Of a DNA stretch of 64,000 nucleotides, positions 58,698 to 64,000 are shown piece after piece. The DNA is taken from positions 4,092,001 through 4,156,000 of the forward strand of contig NC_058369.1 of the NCBI RefSeq assembly GCF_018350175.1. The letters run 5' to 3'. The DNA comes from Felis catus (taxonomy: Eukaryota). The position numbers and the translations under genes are program-made. The notes beneath the pieces were generated by a model, which was not told the DNA's origin, searched no databases, and was given only the letters and a program-made list of their open reading frames with translations. Every line of letters starts with the position of its first letter. The first letter of the stretch is position 1.

Positions 58698-59779
58698 CAC
58701 GCTCTATGTTTTTAAAGAAGGTATTCCTAAAAAACTTTTCAGATTTCCTGATATTGCTGAATGAAATTAGAATATGGAAAAATCAGGGAACAGATGTTAT
58801 AAGGAAATTGTTACTCCTGAGGGTTTTTTTTAGAAAACTCAATTACGGTATCCATGATTAGGTTTGTGTTTTTGCCGCCCCCCCCTCCCCCGCCCTTTGC
58901 CCTAAATGTTAATGCATCTTGCACACTCACAAGATAAATCCTTAAATGTAAGCAAGTTAACGTTTCCCTTATGTGACGGAAAACCAGCTACTGGCTTTAA
59001 GAAACTGATCTTCATTTTGGGAAAAAGGTCTTGAAGGAAGTAAGTTTTTCTGAGGATTTGTGACTGAGTAAAGGTAGCTGATCAGCAACCCTTGCTGCAT
59101 CCTTCCAGAAGCTGAGCTCTGCCTCCGTGACCAGGAGCTGTAGCTCCAAAGCATATGAGCTCACTGCATTACACTCTGCTGTTGAGACTCGTCCTCCACA
59201 GCGTACTTCGTGTACTTCGTACCTGGGATTTCATTCTTCGTGACGAAAAGGGTTTAATTTTAGCAAGCCTGTTCTCGGACCAAAAATTCCACTTCTGCCC
59301 TATAGTTTTCATTACTACCATGGCTAATGATTTCCCTTTTCTCTTTAGATCTGTCATTTCTAGTATCATTTGCATTTTTTCTATTGTTTTTATTCATCTG
59401 ATAATTTGTATAAAAATTAAAGGCATTGGCCACATAATTACTATTTAGATGAAAGTGCCAACTTGCTGGCCATTATGAACTGTTGTCTTCAGAACAGATT
59501 GTGAATGTAGCAGTCTATTCATAAGAAACATTAAGAGGTTGAGTGAGAAGAGTTAAGGGGTGAGTCCAGCCTCCTGAACAAAAAATGCAACCTAAGATAA
59601 ATTGTGGTGAAGACAGTATTCCTTTTTTTGCCTAGTGCATTGACGAAGGTAAAAATTAATACCTGATTTTACCAAAGATTTGGGAAGATTGGCAATTTCA
59701 TTCATAGTTGATGGAGCTGTGTGAATTGGAGTGACCTATCTTGATAATAGGTAGGATCTTTTTTTCTTTTTTAATAAAA

Positions 59780-60640
59780 GCCTTAAAAATACCCTTTGTC
59801 TTGGGAATGCCCTTTCTAGAAATATGTTCTAGAATGGTAATTGCCTATGTGCAGAAAGAATTGCCAGGAGGTTCTTGGGTTGCTTGGTCGATTTCGTGTC
59901 CGACTTCAGTTCAGGTCATGGTCTCACAGTTCCTGAGTTTGAACCTCGTGTCAGGCTCTGTGCTGACAGCTCAGAGCCTGGAGCCTGCTTCCAATTCTGT
60001 GTCTCCTCCTCTCTCTGCCCCTCCCCCATTCGCGCATGTGCTCTTTCTCTCTCTCTCTAAAATAAATCAATGTTTAGGGGTGCCTGGGTGGCGCAGTCGG
60101 TTAAGCGTCCAACTTCAGCCAGGTCACGATCTCGCGGTCCGGGAGTTCGAGCCCCGCGTCAGGCTCTGGGCTGATGGCTCAGAGCCTGGAGCCTGTTTCC
60201 GATTCTGTGTCTCCCTCTCTCTCTGCCCCTCCCCCATTCATGCTCTGTCTCTCTCTGTCCCAAAAATGAATAAACGTTGAAAAAAAAAATTAAAAAAAAA
60301 AAAATAAATCAACGTTTAAAAAAACTGCCAGGATGTTCATCTTCATAAGCTTTTTCTTGAATTTCTACCTGTATGTATTAATTAGATCAATGGTGGTATC
60401 TCTAGATGATGCCGTTAAGGAACATGGAAATATGTTCATAAGATACTGACAAGATCACAGAATGACCGTACAGTGCCATTTTTGTAAGCATCTTACGCAT
60501 ATGTAGGTAACAAGATAGGAGAGGATGTCTGTGTATGTAAGTATATGATAACACGGGGACTAATAACTCCAGGTGGTAAAATTATGAATGGTTTTTCCTT
60601 GTTGCTTATTTATGTTGTTTTGTGTTAGTTTCTGTAGGAA
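59780..60640 (+). mobile_element. L1ME-like 3' fragment sense to SAFB, split by the nested SINEs
   Basis: ATACCCTTTGTCTTGGGAATGCCCTTTCTAG...GGATGTTCAT...TGGTAAAATTATG. Confidence 0.55.
59870..60318 (+). mobile_element. Older Can-SINE with a young SINE (60077-60300) nested in its A-tail
   Basis: 18-bp TSD AAAATAAATCAA(T/C)GTTTA at 60059-60076 and 60301-60318. Confidence 0.93.
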
Positions 60641-60977
60641 AATACGCTTGCTCTTTCTTAACTAAAAAGCAGCACACTGTGTGAAATACTCTTTTCCCAC
60701 AACCACAGTCACTCAACACGGAGGCCAGGCCTTAAAACAGGTCTGATCTGCCCCGACCTTCCTATGCACTCATTTCTAGCTCCTCACACTTGCACAGCCA
60801 CTTGTTGAGAACAGAACTCTTCTGCCTGGGGTCCAGTCCCAAATGGTCTTACCATCCCTAAGTTGGGAATTGCCATGGTGTTGGTGTCTACTTCTGTAAT
60901 GCTTAGGGCCTGTAAAAGTTACTGCTTCTGGAATATAGATGTCACTGATCTCATGGTGTAAATGATTCTGTCTCCAG

Positions 60978-61042
60978 GACGTAAACCAGAAGAAGAGGGT
61001 GTGGAAGACAATGGACTGGAGGAAAACTCTGGGGATGGACAG
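60978..61042 (+). CDS. SAFB: SAFB exon 3
   Basis: (G)RKPEEEGVEDNGLEENSGDGQ; 65 nt, same size as SAFB2 exon 3. Confidence 0.96.
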
Positions 61043-61124
61043 GTATGTGCAGCGTTGTTAGTGAATCAACTTGGTGGATTGACCCATGGCAGTCATGTGA
61101 TGGTTATATTTTGTTTTGTCACAG

Positions 61125-61331
61125 GAGGACGTTGAAACAAGTTTGGAGAACTTGCAGGACATCGACATGATGGACATCAGCGTGTTGGATGAAGCAGAAA
61201 TCGATAATGGAAGCGTTGCAGATGGCGTAGAAGACGATGATGCGGATAACCTCCCAGAGTCCCTGTCCGATAGCAGAGAGCTAGTCGAGGGAGAAATGAA
61301 AGACCTTCCTGAGCAGCTTCAAGAACATGCT
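61125..61331 (+). CDS. SAFB: SAFB exon 4
   Basis: EDVETSLENLQDIDMMDISVLDEAEIDNG...LPEQLQEHA; 207 nt; donor GCT|GTAGGT; 82-nt intron 3 (83 nt in SAFB2). Confidence 0.95.
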
Positions 61332-62779
61332 GTAGGTAACTCGGCAGGGTCTCTATCTAGGATGTACCAGGATTCGTCAGTTCCTCAAATATCTTGGTAG
61401 ATGATAAGGTTTGCGTTTGGAATTGGGTCCTTTTAAAACCAGTTCGTCTGTTCACGTGTAAAATTCAGACAGTTCTGAAAACACACTTCGTTTGGAAAAG
61501 TAGGGTCTTGGTGAGGTACGCGAGTAGGTGCTATTTATTTGCATAATGCAGTCTTAAACATTCGGGGGCGCTATTCAAGACCTTCCTATTCTAGGAGGTT
61601 GGTCTACGGTAATATGGTTCAGAAGCCTCAAAAATACCAAAATACAGGTTGAAAGTTGGTCTTTTCCTGTTAAAGAACCGTCTGGTACCCTCCTTCTAGT
61701 CACCCTTCCATAATAAGCTTTGACGGTTTTTAAGCCTTAGTTTTTTCATGTTAGAAACAAATCAAATTATAATACAGTTCTAATGGGTGTTTTTATTGAA
61801 TGTTGTCTGCCAGGCATTAGGCATGATGTCCTTTAATCTTTTTGACACAACAGGACATATGTAAATGACGTTTTGCCTATTTTCTCCTTGAGGAAATTGG
61901 AGAGTAAAGGTAAAGATCCAAGAACACATAGCTCATAAGAGAGTAAGAAGACCAGGCTGATGACAGAGTCCGTGTGCTTAACTCCTACACCGTGTTGACT
62001 TGGTGCGAAAAATTTATTAGATTATTGTATTTCTGTGAGGATGAATGTTGACTAGATGGAAAAGGCGGTAAAAATTAGAAGATGTGAGGCATCTCGGTAG
62101 GAATGCTTATGTGTGGGTTCCTGGGAGGCACCTCCTTTCTATAGTGGTTCTCAGATGTCTTCTGGTGGGTGCCTCCTGAGTCATCCTCAGGGAAGGAACC
62201 TCTGTTCTCTGCTAGTGGAATGGATCCTGAGTATCCTTAGAGGTAGCAGACTGTCCTTGGAATGGAAAGTGTGATTCTGAGAAATGACTCTCATTTTGAT
62301 ACAAATAGGGTATATAATTTTAGTTTTTGGCGTGAGTCTCATTCAGTGGCTTTCCTCAAAAGTACCCCAAACGCTAGAGCAGTGAGATGAAGTACTTACC
62401 CTTCCTTGTTAGCTGCTGCTTCTTGAAGTTGGTTTTTCTCTCTGATTAGAAAATAATACATTCAGTCCCAAAAGCCTGGAAGTGTCTCGAGTGTCTGTCA
62501 GTGATGGTTAAATAATTATGATTGATGGAAGTGGTATAGTTTAAGAACTAAGACCATTCAGTAAAGGTCTGCCACTTAATTTGTTGTGCGACCTTGGGCG
62601 AGTTAGTTAACCTCTCTAGACCTCACTTGCAAAAATAATTGGTTTGGGGAAGATTGAAAAGATAAATGTTTCTTACCAGCTTAGATCCAAAGTCCTCATA
62701 CTGGCCAAAGATCTGTTGAAACATGATCCACTCCATGATCCATGGCCACTCCTGTTGGGGACAGTCTTCTGTGGTTGAT

Positions 62780-62890
62780 TTCTCCAACAGTACAGTAGAA
62801 TAATCATGGCAAAGACCGTTTGGCCCGCAAAGTCTCAGATATTCACCAGCTGGCCCTTGACAGGACGAGTCTGCTGACCCTGCTTTAGAG
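62780..62890. mobile_element. MER58-like DNA transposon end
   Basis: GACCGTTTGGCCCGCAAAGTCTCAGATATTCACCAGCTGGCCCTTGACAG...CTGACCCTG. Confidence 0.75.
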
Positions 62891-63969
62891 CAGTGCCCAG
62901 CATACAGCCGCACCATAGGGTCATTGCTGTTGTCGGTGTGAAATATTATCACCACTTCCGCTATTATAGTTATTACTTTTAATGTAATCACGTACATGAA
63001 CTAATTAGGTTTATAGGAATTAAAACAATCTCCAAGAGGAAAGTGAAGCTATGGCAGGGTACACAATGTGTGGCCACTTGTGCAGAAAAAGGACAGATGG
63101 TCTTGCACTCTTGGGAGCACACACAGACGATCTGGAGACAGCTGCGTCGGGAAGGAAGGAGTGGTGCAAGGGTGGCTTCCTAGCCAGATAAACGTAATAG
63201 CCGTACGTGTTCTTTAGCAAATACTTGAAACATTATTGTCCTCCCTAAAACATAACCAGCTTGGGGTGTTATGGCAAGCAGTTAAGATTATTTTGGTTCG
63301 CCCAGTAATTTTATGGATCTCCCTCATGTGTATGGGGAACCCCCACCTTATTGGGTAGAGCCCGCCTCTTAGAAGATCAGTCCACCAGTCGTTCTTCCCC
63401 AGCAGAGGTGCCTCTGGAGCACCTGACTTTGCAGTCCTGTGTTCCTATCCCCACACTCCACTTTGGAGATTGATGAGGCTAGGAGGCAGGTACTCAAGGG
63501 ATCCATCCCAGTCCAGGCCGGAGCCACCTTGGGGCAGCAGGCTCAGTAGCCGTAGCATTCAGGCTTGGAGAAGTGGCGGCCCGAGAAATCTGAGAATCCG
63601 TCCCGCAGTCTGGTTCTGGACATTGTTCATGGGAGAGCAGCCCCCGAACTTGGGGTTCCGACTGACTTGGGAGAGTCTGTACTACCTAATTTTAATCTCT
63701 TTTTAGATTAAACCTACTGTTTTTCCTTTTTCTTTTGGCTCGTGTCTTAAAGTCCTCACTGGTACCATTTTAGTGGGTTTCACGCTCTATCTGCAGGTAT
63801 ATACACTTGGAATGTTTCTTTAAACTGAGGTGAAGTCAAACTATAATGCTCTTTTGATTCCTGCACTGTGTCAGGAGTGATTTTCATCGCTGTTATTTTT
63901 CATTGTATGGGTGTACCGTTGGGTTACCCTGTATTGACAACATAAGCTGTATTCTCGTTTATTTTGCAG

Positions 63970-64000
63970 ATGGAGGACAAAGAAACTCTAAACAATTTAG
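63970..64000 (+). CDS. SAFB: SAFB exon 5 (truncated by window edge)
   Basis: TTTATTTTGCAG|ATG GAG GAC AAA GAA ACT CTA AAC AAT TTA = MEDKETLNNL, resembling recalled human IEDKETINNL. Confidence 0.9.
   Translation, partial: MEDKETLNNL

Noticed and set aside
2103-60300. tRNA-like heads and recurrent MAQSVK.../SASDSVSPSL ORFs
   Set aside because: All are Can-SINE bodies; no complete cloverleaf tRNA gene is seen
1-64000. CRISPR arrays, operons, viral or other prokaryote-type systems
   Set aside because: Spliced mammalian genes and SINE/LINE content throughout; no regularly spaced repeats or prokaryotic ORFs

Overview
Mammalian (feliform carnivore, most likely Felidae) genomic DNA, judged from about 43 tRNA-derived Can-SINEs including young cat-type copies. 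The window holds the head-to-head SAFB2/SAFB paralog pair. SAFB2 lies on the minus strand with 21 coding exons (ATG 45399, stop 12831-12833). I phased every visible junction as GT-AG and they keep frame; the two ends of exon 7 fall in N-gaps. The protein is about 945 aa if exon 7 has the human length: SAP domain, RRM, ER-rich coiled coil, RG/Gly-rich tail. SAFB lies on the plus strand; exons 1-4 and the start of exon 5 are present (ATG 45881) and the gene runs off the right edge. The two ATGs are separated by 481 bp of CpG-island bidirectional promoter. Bases 1-12,500 are the TE-rich interval 3' of SAFB2, which in human is the SAFB2-TINCR interval; no TINCR/TUBL ORF is visible. There are three assembly gaps. 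No prokaryotic system, CRISPR array or real tRNA/rRNA gene is present. The best leads are: (1) gaps bracketing SAFB2 exon 7, suggesting gene conversion with SAFB exon 7; (2) an identical tandem 5' splice site (GCT|GTAG|GTAAC) in both paralogs that can frameshift to NMD; (3) several candidate poison exons; (4) a circRNA-type exon 10-11 cassette flanked by inverted SINEs; (5) a perfect 20-bp YY1 inverted repeat mirroring the promoter; (6) an AP-1 cluster and putative upstream TINCR-like exons. TE family calls, TE boundaries and all comparisons to human/mouse are from recollection, not from a search.
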